Source: an uncultured archaeon (GTDB lineage: Archaea; Aenigmatarchaeota; Aenigmatarchaeia; QMZP01; QMZT01). Taken from it: a DNA stretch of 64,000 bases. The DNA lies in NCBI GenBank assembly GCA_964613955.1, contig CAZTJN010000001.1, positions 97,656-161,655 on the forward strand. Reading direction: 5' to 3'. This document shows positions 50,243 through 60,317 of the stretch, piece after piece. The translations under genes and the position numbers were made by a program. The notes under the pieces are model-generated. The model did no database searches. It worked only from the letters and a program-made list of their open reading frames with translations, and was not told where the DNA came from. Position 1 is the first letter of the stretch. Every line of letters starts with the position of its first letter.

Positions 50243-50349
50243 TAAAATTTTGTTGACTCTTCTTCTGTGTATGAAAACAAAACTCTAAAAAGAGATAATG
50301 GAAATGAAACTTATATAAATTTACCTTTAAAATAAATCTTATTGATAAA

Positions 50350-51267
50350 ATGATGTATGTAGTAACAGGCGGTTCTGGCTATATAGGACGTCAGCTCGTC
50401 AAAGATATTCTGAATAAAGGCGGAAGGGCAATAAACATAGACAAGAAAGAACCTCTTGAACCCGTCAAAGGAGAAAGGTTTATCAAGTGCGACCTAACGG
50501 ACAAAAGGAAAGCAAGAGAAACCATAAAATCCCTTGAGCCCGAAGGAGAATACGTTGTGATACATCTTGCTGGTTTGTTCGAGAAGGACGTAAGAAAAAG
50601 GAAACACTGGAAATTCGAGGATTTTCTTTCCATGAACGCCACCACAACAAAGAACCTAGTGGATGGACTGAACGAACAAACTTTCGACATCAAATCATTC
50701 ATCTTTTCCTCTGCCGCCTTGGTTAACTGCTTGGGAAAAATAAATGATTTTTACCCGCGTTCGAAGCTAAAGGCCGAAGAATTTATCAGGAAAAATCCGC
50801 CTTCTGCCTCCACCCACATACTCAGGGTCAGCAGGGTCATAGGAGGGCTTGACAACGGGAAAGTCTCGAAGGACATCGTAAGCGACTTCATAAAAAAATT
50901 CCTCTCCGAAGATGAAATTGTTTTCAAGGGCTCGAACATAAGGAGGGATTACATCCATTTGAATGACGTATGCAGGGTGATTCTCTCCCAGATGGAAAAT
51001 GGCCTGCATATAAAGAATGTTTATTCTTCAGAACAGGTGCAGATGAGAATAATAATTGAGATGATTCATGAGGCATTGCTGAAGAGAGGGCTTATCCAAA
51101 AGAAACGAAAAATCACCTTTCAGGAAGATATTGACAATCCTCTACCCCAGATAGAGGGCAGAAGCGATTTTTCCGGCATTCTTGAATGCAAGACCTCTGA
51201 AGATGTTGTAAAAAGGACGATAGATGAATATATCGAAGCCATGAAGAAAAACATCCCTTTCAAATAG
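50350..51267 (+). CDS. Divergent NAD-dependent epimerase/dehydratase (SDR)
   Basis: TGGSGYIG, IHLAG, YPRSK, RDYIHLNDV. Confidence 0.85.
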   Translation: MMYVVTGGSGYIGRQLVKDILNKGGRAINIDKKEPLEPVKGERFIKCDLTDKRKARETIKSLEPEGEYVVIHLAGLFEKDVRKRKHWKFEDFLSMNATTTKNLVDGLNEQTFDIKSFIFSSAALVNCLGKINDFYPRSKLKAEEFIRKNPPSASTHILRVSRVIGGLDNGKVSKDIVSDFIKKFLSEDEIVFKGSNIRRDYIHLNDVCRVILSQMENGLHIKNVYSSEQVQMRIIIEMIHEALLKRGLIQKKRKITFQEDIDNPLPQIEGRSDFSGILECKTSEDVVKRTIDEYIEAMKKNIPFK

Positions 51268-51301
51268 TTTTATTTAAAATTTCCCTTTCAAATTAAAACT
51301 A

Positions 51302-52609
51302 ATGAGCAGGATTGTTGTTCTGGGAGGAGGTATCGCGGGTCTTTCCACTGCCTATTTCCTTGCGAAAGCCGGCATGAAACCAATCGTCTTGGAGAAGGAG
51401 AAGGAAGCGGGCGGTCTCGGATTCTGTCACAGTGTCGGCGATATGTTTATAGACAGCGGATATCACATCATTTTCAAAGGTGACGAGTATCTCCTGAATC
51501 TTTTGAGGGAGCTGAATTTAGAGAAAGATATTGTATGGGGAGACCTTGATTTTAAACTGGTCACCAAGAAAGGAGATATATTTTTCTCCCCGCTTAAAAT
51601 ATTATCAAGCATATGCCTCTCTTTATCCGAAAAAAAGTTCCTTGCGAAAATTTACTTCAAAATGAAAAACACAAAGGACTGGAAATCCCTCGACAAATTC
51701 ACAGCGAAAGAGTGGATAATAAAAAACAGCAGCGGTGATGTATACAAAGATATATTCGAGCCGATAATAAAGGCAAAATGGGGAAGGGATTCGGACAAAG
51801 CTTCTGCCGCATGGTTCTACGGTAGGCTTAAACCGCGTTCTAAATCCAGGAATATCTTCGGAGGAGGGGAAAAGGCAGGATACCTCAAAGGCTCTTTCAA
51901 AAATCTTTTTTCCGTTCTTGAAAGAGAAATAAAAGGTAGGGGAGGGGAAATAATAACATCAGCGAAGCCCACGAGGATATCCATAAAAAACAAGAAAGTC
52001 GTGTCAGTCAAGTATCGTATAAACAAAAACCTGAAAGAAATGAGAACAGACACTCTAATCAGCACCATCCCTGTTGGAGAGCTTCTGAGGATTGCAAAAT
52101 TGCCTGAAGATTTTGAAAGACAGGCAAGAAAATTAAAATACAAAGCTGTGATATGCGCAGTATTCAGCCTGCGGAAAAAAGTGACGAATTCTTTCAGAAC
52201 GATATTTTCTGAAAGGAGGTCCTTCGGCGGTCTTGTCGAGCTCACGAATCTCATAGACAAAAAACATTTCGGCGGTAAACACATACTTTACGTTTTCAAT
52301 TTCCTCAATGCCGAAGAAAGTTTATGGAAATTAGGGGACAAAGAAATTATTGAAAGATACATGAACGATCTCGAAAGGCTCTACTCTAGTTTCAAGGAAC
52401 AGATAATCTGGTATAGATTATACAAAAATCAGTACGGGGAGCCCTTTTATCAAAAAGACTACCTTAACATAATGCCGGATACCAAAACACCTGTAAAGGG
52501 GTTATTCTTAACGGGCATGATACACTCTTATCCTGTTTCTGATTTCAACAACATAGTATCACTAGCCAGCAAAACAGCTGACTTGGTTTTAAGGGAGGTA
52601 AGATGTTGA
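51302..52609 (+). CDS. FAD-dependent oxidoreductase (amine oxidase/HemY-like fold)
   Basis: GGGIAGLSTA, EKEKEAGGL, DSGYHIIF, GLFLTG. Confidence 0.88.
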   Translation: MSRIVVLGGGIAGLSTAYFLAKAGMKPIVLEKEKEAGGLGFCHSVGDMFIDSGYHIIFKGDEYLLNLLRELNLEKDIVWGDLDFKLVTKKGDIFFSPLKILSSICLSLSEKKFLAKIYFKMKNTKDWKSLDKFTAKEWIIKNSSGDVYKDIFEPIIKAKWGRDSDKASAAWFYGRLKPRSKSRNIFGGGEKAGYLKGSFKNLFSVLEREIKGRGGEIITSAKPTRISIKNKKVVSVKYRINKNLKEMRTDTLISTIPVGELLRIAKLPEDFERQARKLKYKAVICAVFSLRKKVTNSFRTIFSERRSFGGLVELTNLIDKKHFGGKHILYVFNFLNAEESLWKLGDKEIIERYMNDLERLYSSFKEQIIWYRLYKNQYGEPFYQKDYLNIMPDTKTPVKGLFLTGMIHSYPVSDFNNIVSLASKTADLVLREVRC

Positions 52610-53718
52610 GCAGAAAGACGGCCCTCTCTATTCTGAAGGGGGTGCTAACGAAGAAAACACCCATTTACGTGCAGTTCGCAGTCACAAAAAGATGCAATTT
52701 GAACTGCAGAATGTGTGGCATAGTGAAATCATGGAAAAACGAAAAGGATTTGGACCTGGATGACGTGGAAAGGGTAGCGGATATTCTCTACAAGCTGAAC
52801 ACAGGCATGGTGATATTTACTGGAGGGGAGCCCTTTTCAAGAGATGACCTCCCGGAGATTGTGAAAATCTTCCATGAAAAAGGCCTGAATACAAGGCTGC
52901 AGACAAACGGGACATTGTGTACAGAAGAGAATGTCAAGGAGGTGGTAAAATCCGGCCTCAATGATATTTCAATATCTTTGGATTCACTGAGCCCGAAAGT
53001 TCAGGACAGTATAACCAATATGAAGGGTTCATGGGAAAGAACAATAAATTCCATATCCTTGTTTTCCCGCATGATGCCCAAGAAAAATTCCATGCCTATT
53101 ATAAACTGCGTTCTTTCGAAAAAGAACATAGCGGAAATCGAAAAAATGGTAAAATTCGTAGATAAAATAGGATTCTATCTTTCCGTTATTCCCGTACATC
53201 TCTTGAAAGAGCGAAGCGAAAGATTCGCCTTCAGGGGTTATGAGAATTCGATGGGTTTTTCGGAAAGGGATTTTGATTTGATAGATCGGACATATTCGAA
53301 ACTCATAGAGATGAAAAGGAAAGGATTTTCCATATACAACTCCCTGAAGTTCCTGAGGGAGAGCCCCGGGTTCATTAAATATCAAATATGCAGATGGAAG
53401 TGTTATTCTCCGTATCTCTATTTCTCTATTTCGCCAAGCGGCCTGTTCTCCCCGTGCATAGATTTACGAACAGATATATCAATCTTGGATGACAGGTTCC
53501 TCGAAATTTATAGGTCAAAGGAATTTGAAAAGAGAATTTCAAGGCAGGTCAGCCAGTGTTCGGGATGCATGTACGGCTGCTGGCCGGAGATTACGTATCT
53601 CTGCGAAGATGTGAAGGTTTTTATAAAGAGGATTTCGGAAGGTCTGAAAATTCTTGGCAGGAAAAGGAAAGGCTTCGATTACGATAGCATTATAAAAATT
53701 ATCAATTCAATATCATAA
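52603..53718 (+). CDS. Radical SAM enzyme with twitch/SPASM domain
   Basis: CNLNCRMC, TGGEPF, QTNG, CYSP..SPC..CSGCMYGC. Confidence 0.92.
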   Translation: MLSRKTALSILKGVLTKKTPIYVQFAVTKRCNLNCRMCGIVKSWKNEKDLDLDDVERVADILYKLNTGMVIFTGGEPFSRDDLPEIVKIFHEKGLNTRLQTNGTLCTEENVKEVVKSGLNDISISLDSLSPKVQDSITNMKGSWERTINSISLFSRMMPKKNSMPIINCVLSKKNIAEIEKMVKFVDKIGFYLSVIPVHLLKERSERFAFRGYENSMGFSERDFDLIDRTYSKLIEMKRKGFSIYNSLKFLRESPGFIKYQICRWKCYSPYLYFSISPSGLFSPCIDLRTDISILDDRFLEIYRSKEFEKRISRQVSQCSGCMYGCWPEITYLCEDVKVFIKRISEGLKILGRKRKGFDYDSIIKIINSIS

Positions 53719-53719
53719 A

Positions 53720-55450
53720 ATGCTCGGACTTGTTTACAAATTTCTGGACCAGAATATCCTGATTTTCATGTCCATACACTTTGCACTTTTGCTGCTGTTT
53801 CTCGCGCTAAATTTCAAAACAATCGTGAAAGAATTTTCAAGAATAAACAGAAAGGCATGGGCAATATTGCTGGTGATATTCCTGGTTGGTTTTTTCCTAA
53901 TGAACGCCGAATACTGGTATGGAGAACATACGGACGCTTATGCTCCTCTAGAAACTGCCAAGTTTCTGGTTCTGGAGGGGAAAAACGTGAAGGCCTGCGC
54001 TGCAGGACGGGCTGGTTACTGTTCGTCATACCAGCAGGTTCTTCAGCCGGTTGGGTTCCCTTATCTGATATCAATTTTATATATGATCTTCGGGATAAAC
54101 ACGCTCCCTGTTTTGGTGTTTTCAGGTGTATTAAGCTCGCTTACCACAATTCTCGTATTTCTCATATGCTATCTGTTATTCAAAAAGGAAGAAGTTGGAT
54201 TATATGCATCCCTTGTTTATGCTTTGATACCCCTTAACATATTTTTCTCAGGAACAGGATTCACAAGGATCATTTCTTTGTTTTTTGTTGGCTGCACAAT
54301 CTTGGTTTACTTGGTCACTATAAAGAAAAATAATCTTCGTTTATGGATGCTCTTTGTGCTGTTCCTTTCTTTTTCCATTTACATAAGGCAGGAGAATTAC
54401 GTTCTCATCCCTTTGTTTGTCTTGGGGTTGTTTTTGTTCAGATATAATTTAAAAAACAGGGACAACATGAAAAAGCTTTTCATAGCCGCTGTGGTGTTCA
54501 TAATTTTCCAGTTACATGTATTTTACTGGACATTCTTCATAATTGCATATGCATTTGTCCACCCTGTTGGATTACCGACATACTCCCTTGCTTGTCTTTT
54601 TAAAGTGAGCCCTTACATTCTCAGTTTCATGCTGGGGTTCCCCTTCTACCATATATCCAATGCATACAATTTAGCAGCAAGTTCGCTGTTTATTATAGGA
54701 ATTGCCCTCATACCGGTTTCCCTTTTAATGAAAAAAGACCATGCCAAGGGGTCTTTGTTCACGGCTGTTTGGTTTGTTTTGTTTTTTGTTATTTACGGGT
54801 CCTATTGCATGAACTTCGTTAACGGGCTTTCCCGAGACCCGGATACAAGCTTTGTCAGGTATATAATTCAATTCCATGTTCCATATGCCATACTGGCAGG
54901 ATATGCATTTTATATGATAACTAAATTTGGTAAAAGGATAAGCAGGTACGCAAATTTTGTATTGGTTCCGATTTTCGTTATTCTTTTGCTTATGTCAATC
55001 CAGTTCCCAACAACCATGTTTAAGGATGCGAGGACAGATCATGACAGCAAGTATTTCTCAGCCATAAAGAGGACGCCTCCGAATTCGACCATTATAACAC
55101 AGATGTTCATGATGGTGTCATCAGATGTAGTTGGAGGAAATAGAAAGTATATATCTCCCGAAGTAATGGTTCTGCACGGAACACCTGAACACACGATTAA
55201 GTTGCTGCATGAAAGCAAAGATGTCTATTACATAGAGCTGGACTATTGTAAATACGACCCAGATCATAATCCATGCAAGTTCATAAGGGAAAATCTGGAC
55301 CTCGAGTTTGCTTTCAGGGAAGGCCCCCTGAATGTCTACAAAGTTTTAGTGAAACCTGATAAGGACTACATCATTGAGTGGATTCATTCCCTGTACAACG
55401 TTACCGTGAGATCAAACAAAATTGTAAATATGACTGTGAGTGAATTATGA
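53720..55450 (+). CDS. GT-C multi-TM glycosyltransferase, subfamily A (close paralog of 39193-40836)
   Basis: FLDQNILIFMSIHF leader, PVGFPYLI, YIRQEN, PTTMFKDAR, KRTPPNSTII. Confidence 0.82.
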   Translation: MLGLVYKFLDQNILIFMSIHFALLLLFLALNFKTIVKEFSRINRKAWAILLVIFLVGFFLMNAEYWYGEHTDAYAPLETAKFLVLEGKNVKACAAGRAGYCSSYQQVLQPVGFPYLISILYMIFGINTLPVLVFSGVLSSLTTILVFLICYLLFKKEEVGLYASLVYALIPLNIFFSGTGFTRIISLFFVGCTILVYLVTIKKNNLRLWMLFVLFLSFSIYIRQENYVLIPLFVLGLFLFRYNLKNRDNMKKLFIAAVVFIIFQLHVFYWTFFIIAYAFVHPVGLPTYSLACLFKVSPYILSFMLGFPFYHISNAYNLAASSLFIIGIALIPVSLLMKKDHAKGSLFTAVWFVLFFVIYGSYCMNFVNGLSRDPDTSFVRYIIQFHVPYAILAGYAFYMITKFGKRISRYANFVLVPIFVILLLMSIQFPTTMFKDARTDHDSKYFSAIKRTPPNSTIITQMFMMVSSDVVGGNRKYISPEVMVLHGTPEHTIKLLHESKDVYYIELDYCKYDPDHNPCKFIRENLDLEFAFREGPLNVYKVLVKPDKDYIIEWIHSLYNVTVRSNKIVNMTVSEL

Positions 55451-56853
55451 GGGTAATGCTGATAAGGTATCACAATATTGGTAACATAAATACAAGGTTA
55501 CCGGAGAGCATAAACAGAGTCCAAGGCGTATACCCGCCTCTGGGAATAGCATATGTGGCTTCCACTTTGGAGAAATTTGGCCACGATGTTCGCATTCTCG
55601 ACAGCAGGGCACTGAACTTAACGGCAGAGGAAACAAAGAAGCACATAGAAAAATTCAACCCAGATGTCGTCGGAATTACGTGCATGAGCTCCACCATAAA
55701 GGGTTCACTTGAAGCTGCGTATCTGACCAAACAAGTTTCGAATGGTATAGTAACCGTTATGGGAGGTCCTCAGGTATTCATATACCCCAAAGAAACGATA
55801 AATTACGATTTTGTGGATTTCGGCATTGCTGGAGAAGGGGAAATAATAATGCCCGAACTTTTGGAAGCATTGGATGGCAAGAAGAAACTTGGAGAAATAG
55901 ATGGGCTGGTTTACAAGAAGAACGGGATAAAGTTCAATCCTGCAAAAAGATATGTCAAGGATCTGGATTCTTTGCCATTCCCTGCAAGGCATCTCTTACC
56001 CAATTACAAGTATTTCTCGATACTTTCAGACCATCCTTTCACAACCCTTATAACATCGAGGGGTTGTCCGTTCAGGTGCGGTTACTGCTTCAGAAAAAAA
56101 CTGGACAGAATTGTAAGATACAGAAGCGCGAAAAATGTGGTTGATGAAATACAGTACTGCCTAGAGAAATGGAAATTCAGGGAAATCTGGTTTTACGATG
56201 ACACGTTTACGATGAACAAAAGACATGCCGCGCAAATATGCAAAGAAATAATAGACAGGGGACTGGATTTTAAATGGGAGGCCGTCACAAGGGTGGATTG
56301 CGTTAGCAGGGGGATGCTCAGATTGATGAAAAAGGCAGGTTGCAGAATGGTGAGATACGGGATTGAAAGCGGAGATCAGGAAACCCTCAATATCATGAAA
56401 AAGGGAATAACATTAGAGCAGGCAAAGAAGGCAACAAAATGGACAAGGGAAACAGGAATGGAAAGCTTTTGTTTTTTTATGATAGGTTATCCTAATGAAG
56501 ACGAGAAAAAAATAAAAAACACCATAGATTTCGCAAAAAACCTTAACATAGACTGGGCGATGTTTTCCAATGTCACCCCCTACCCTTCCACGGATTTGCT
56601 TGAACTCGCCTACGAGAAGGGTTTACTGAAAGACAGGGAATACTGGAGGAAATTCACACTCGGGAAAACGAATGAAAGAATACCATACGAATTTCCTGAT
56701 ATGGATAGGTGGGTGAAGAAGGCATATAAAAGTTTTTATCTGAGACCAGGATTTGCAGCAAAAACATTATTTAAAATAAAGAGTTTAAGACAGGTAAAAA
56801 AATACCTTTTAGGCTTGTATGCCATTTTGAATTTCAAAACGTTTAGCTCATGA
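55447..56853 (+). CDS. B12-binding-domain radical SAM enzyme
   Basis: PPLGIAYVAS, GGPQ, GEGE, RGCPFRCGYC, DDTF, GIESG. Confidence 0.94.
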   Translation: MRVMLIRYHNIGNINTRLPESINRVQGVYPPLGIAYVASTLEKFGHDVRILDSRALNLTAEETKKHIEKFNPDVVGITCMSSTIKGSLEAAYLTKQVSNGIVTVMGGPQVFIYPKETINYDFVDFGIAGEGEIIMPELLEALDGKKKLGEIDGLVYKKNGIKFNPAKRYVKDLDSLPFPARHLLPNYKYFSILSDHPFTTLITSRGCPFRCGYCFRKKLDRIVRYRSAKNVVDEIQYCLEKWKFREIWFYDDTFTMNKRHAAQICKEIIDRGLDFKWEAVTRVDCVSRGMLRLMKKAGCRMVRYGIESGDQETLNIMKKGITLEQAKKATKWTRETGMESFCFFMIGYPNEDEKKIKNTIDFAKNLNIDWAMFSNVTPYPSTDLLELAYEKGLLKDREYWRKFTLGKTNERIPYEFPDMDRWVKKAYKSFYLRPGFAAKTLFKIKSLRQVKKYLLGLYAILNFKTFSS

Positions 56854-56856
56854 GTC

Positions 56857-58539
56857 TTATGAACTCGTTGTAATTTTATAAAGAGTTAAATTGAAATCAC
56901 CAAACTCATATTCTAAGTATGGCTGAAGTTCAAATTTTTCATGCATTTCCCTGCATTGGGAAACAATTTTTCGCCTCAGTTCTTCGCATGTTTCAAAGGA
57001 TTCGTTCTCGATACCGCATCTGTTACCCAGGCTGTAAAAATCCGTACAGTACAAGTCTTTGAAGTAAAAAACACACCCTCTGTTTCCTGTAACATCCTGT
57101 AACATTTCTGGTTGTTTAAGAACCGATTCGGTTGGTATAGCTTTTAGATCAGTTGCTGAGAAAAATACAGGCTCCTTTGTCACAACATAACATGAATCTA
57201 TTTCCCTGTCTATCATATCTATAACTTCCATTTCTTTGTATTCTATCTCCCCCCTTGGGTATCCGTGATTAACATTAAGCGGCTTGGGGTCGTTTTGCAC
57301 AGCATAAAAATAGGGAATGGATAAGAGAAATAAAAGCAGAACGAAAAAAGTCGGGACTATTTTTGTTATTACTTTCTGTCGGGCAATTTTGTGCGGCATG
57401 GAAAGTGCAAATTCTTCAAACGCATAAAACCCAAGACCTGCAAAACATAACAACGGAACGAGACCAGTTATTAGATATTTCTCAACTATGCTGGCGGAAT
57501 AGGCAAGGTATGCAAACATATAACAGGAGAAAAATATGGCCAGGAAGAGGGCTTCCTTCCTGTGTTTTTTGAAACCGTAAAGCAAACCGGCAAACAAAAA
57601 CACATTTATCAGCAGAGGATAAAAGCTACCATTCATTGCCTTGGCCAGAACTTGGGCATTCATAGGTATGTTTTCCATCCTGATCAATTTCCCTTCAACT
57701 ACCGTCGCTGTGGATTTCCCGTAAAGTGCGGGATAAATCTCCAAGGACAAATGCAAGATATGCGGGATTACCAGTATCGTTAAAAGAAGGACAAGAAACC
57801 AAAGCCTTTTATTTTTGATTGCGGATTTGAGCGTTTTTGCATCAAGGAATAGGACAGACAGCAGCAACACCAGCGGTATTAACAGAATATCTTCCTGTTT
57901 TATGGAGATCGAGAAAGCGAGGATGCTTGTTGCAAAAATACCGATTTTCAAGTCCCTTATTTTGAAAAAGAGGAGGAAGGCAGTGAACGTCAGCAAGATA
58001 AAAAAAGCGGACACAGTGTCTGGTTCTATATTTCTTGAAAGTAATATGTACAATGGAATAATGGAAACAATGAATGCGCTGTACAGCCCTGTTTTCTCGC
58101 TTTTGAAAAGGAGGAAGCAGAAAAGGAAAACAACTACCACAAGGAGGGAGCCCGTTACGATGTTTACCATGTATGCAGAATTTTCGTTTATACCGCCGAA
58201 GAGAAGAAATAAAGCCACAACGTATGAAAATCCAACAGGCTCATTGAAGACTGCCCTACCAGATGTGATGATATCCCTGGCGACCTGTACATGCGCGAAT
58301 TCATCCCCATACGTTGTCAGGTAGACAGGAGTAATAAGCCTCAAGGATAACGCAAGCAAAAATATGAATATAAGTATAACCCATACGGATAATCTAATCT
58401 TAAAATATTTTTTTATTTCGCTATAATCAAGAGCAAAAAAAATTATCGCAAGCAAAAAACTTATCGTGAAAGACAGAGGGAGGAGTGTGGGTAAAAAACC
58501 CCTGCTCCCTTCCAATAAACTTGTGACGATTTCCAGCAT
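56857..58539 (-). CDS. GT-C multi-TM glycosyltransferase, subfamily A
   Basis: LRL..YGDEF, EPVGFS, EPD, IKQED, C-terminal LYKI. Confidence 0.85.
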   Translation of the reverse strand: MLEIVTSLLEGSRGFLPTLLPLSFTISFLLAIIFFALDYSEIKKYFKIRLSVWVILIFIFLLALSLRLITPVYLTTYGDEFAHVQVARDIITSGRAVFNEPVGFSYVVALFLLFGGINENSAYMVNIVTGSLLVVVVFLFCFLLFKSEKTGLYSAFIVSIIPLYILLSRNIEPDTVSAFFILLTFTAFLLFFKIRDLKIGIFATSILAFSISIKQEDILLIPLVLLLSVLFLDAKTLKSAIKNKRLWFLVLLLTILVIPHILHLSLEIYPALYGKSTATVVEGKLIRMENIPMNAQVLAKAMNGSFYPLLINVFLFAGLLYGFKKHRKEALFLAIFFSCYMFAYLAYSASIVEKYLITGLVPLLCFAGLGFYAFEEFALSMPHKIARQKVITKIVPTFFVLLLFLLSIPYFYAVQNDPKPLNVNHGYPRGEIEYKEMEVIDMIDREIDSCYVVTKEPVFFSATDLKAIPTESVLKQPEMLQDVTGNRGCVFYFKDLYCTDFYSLGNRCGIENESFETCEELRRKIVSQCREMHEKFELQPYLEYEFGDFNLTLYKITTSS

Positions 58540-58541
58540 TC

Positions 58542-60254
58542 CTATACCTCTTCACCTCTGACCAGATAGTTTCCAATTGCAAGGTAATCCAGCTTCGCCT
58601 CAAGAAAAGCCCTTATTGCATCATTCGGATTTTCAACTATGGGTTCTTCGTGCATGTTGAAGCTGGTGTTTATAATAGTGGGAATGCCTGTTATCTTTCT
58701 ATAACCGTCAATTACCTTGTAAAATGACGGATTATATTTTTTGTCTACCAATTGAGGTCTTGCTGTCCCGTCCACATGTACGGCTCCCGGGCATTTATCC
58801 TTCATCCAATCTGTGCATTCAAAAGTTACGGTCATGAAACGGGCTGCATGCATAGCCTTTTTGTAGTTTTTGTAACACCTGCCGGCGTATTCAATAAGAG
58901 TGGAAGGGGCGAAGGGCATAAATTCCGTTCTGCCAAGCTTTTTGTTCAGCCAGTCATTGACAGTAGGGTCCGTGGCCTGATATAATATACTTCTATTGCC
59001 AAGAGCACGGGGTCCGTATTCCATTTTTCCTGTAAATCTCGCGACAGTTTTCCCCTCAGAAAGCAGCTTTGCAATTCTTGGTTCTATTCGCCTGTAAAAC
59101 TTATAAGCTAAGTTGTGTTTTATGAGTTCTTTTTTTATCTCTTTGTCTGAATAACCCCAGCCCAGATAAACATGATTCAGATTTTGGTATTTTACTTCAC
59201 CACCATGTCTTCTTGACATTCTTGATTGGACATACAGGGCGGCACCAACCGATAACCCACCATCACCCATGTTAGGGAATACATAAAGAGATTTAACTTC
59301 AGGAAGTTCACAAATCCTCTGGTTCAATTTCACGTTTGCGAAAACCCCCCCAGCAAGGACAACATCTCTTACCCCTGTTTTCTCCACCCAACTTTTCACT
59401 ATACTGCAGATCCCTGTTTCAAAATTCTTCTGTAACCATGCTGCTATATCCTCCCTTGGGTGTTTGAGAAGTTTCTTGCCGTTTTGTTTGATTCCTTTCC
59501 TGCCCCATTTACTTATGTAGGAAACCATTTGTCCGTTAATCAAAAATGGAAATTCAACATTTACGTTTTCAGGATTCCCGTATGCGGCAAGGCCAGTTAT
59601 CTTCCCCTCATGCCTGTGTGACTTAAACCCTAGCATCAGTGTTATCAGACTGTAAAACAAACCGAAAGAGTCCCAAGCGCCAATTTCATAAACCCTATTT
59701 ATATTTCCGTTTCTGCATAGACTGACAGTAAGCGAAACACCATCTCCATACCCATCGGCGGTCACACAAAGAGCCTCTCTCTTCCCTGATGTAAAATATG
59801 CTGAACTCGCATGTGCCAAATGATGGTCCACGAAAATTACAGGTTTTTTTCTCAGTTCTCTTGGTAAATCCCTCCTTAATATACGAGTGATTAACCCCCT
59901 CCCCAGGACCGACCATGAAGAATCAGGCTTTATCAAGGGCCATTTCATTTTGAACTTTATAAAATCTGAAATTCGCGCTTTCAAATCGTTCTTCCCAGAC
60001 AAAACTTCACTTTCCATTCTGTGCAAATTTCTGAACATCCTAGTCAGAATGAACGGACTTACCAAACCACCGACCGCTATGAAATCTATGTCACTCCTTT
60101 TTTTGTCGACTATCCTGTCAATAGCATTCCTTGGGAATCCGGGATGTAGCTTGATTCTGCTCAGCCGTTCCTCATTAACAGCATAAATAATGTCACCGTT
60201 CTCCAGTAAACAAGCGCTTCCCTCCTTCCCGTCTGATATGCCCAGTATCTTTAT
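58542..60254 (-). CDS. O-carbamoyltransferase (NodU/CmcH/TobZ family), apparent ATA start
   Basis: Frame is open upstream of the tracked start: (I)KILGISDG..EERLSRIK; HHLAHASSAY, DGYGD, EGKITGLAAYG, EYGPRALGNRSIL, INTSFNMHEEPIV. Confidence 0.93.
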   Translation of the reverse strand: MKILGISDGKEGSACLLENGDIIYAVNEERLSRIKLHPGFPRNAIDRIVDKKRSDIDFIAVGGLVSPFILTRMFRNLHRMESEVLSGKNDLKARISDFIKFKMKWPLIKPDSSWSVLGRGLITRILRRDLPRELRKKPVIFVDHHLAHASSAYFTSGKREALCVTADGYGDGVSLTVSLCRNGNINRVYEIGAWDSFGLFYSLITLMLGFKSHRHEGKITGLAAYGNPENVNVEFPFLINGQMVSYISKWGRKGIKQNGKKLLKHPREDIAAWLQKNFETGICSIVKSWVEKTGVRDVVLAGGVFANVKLNQRICELPEVKSLYVFPNMGDGGLSVGAALYVQSRMSRRHGGEVKYQNLNHVYLGWGYSDKEIKKELIKHNLAYKFYRRIEPRIAKLLSEGKTVARFTGKMEYGPRALGNRSILYQATDPTVNDWLNKKLGRTEFMPFAPSTLIEYAGRCYKNYKKAMHAARFMTVTFECTDWMKDKCPGAVHVDGTARPQLVDKKYNPSFYKVIDGYRKITGIPTIINTSFNMHEEPIVENPNDAIRAFLEAKLDYLAIGNYLVRGEEV

Positions 60255-60317
60255 GATACCACCTTTGAGTACGATATTGATAATTAAAATTAAATAATTT
60301 AATTACTACCTTTAACT

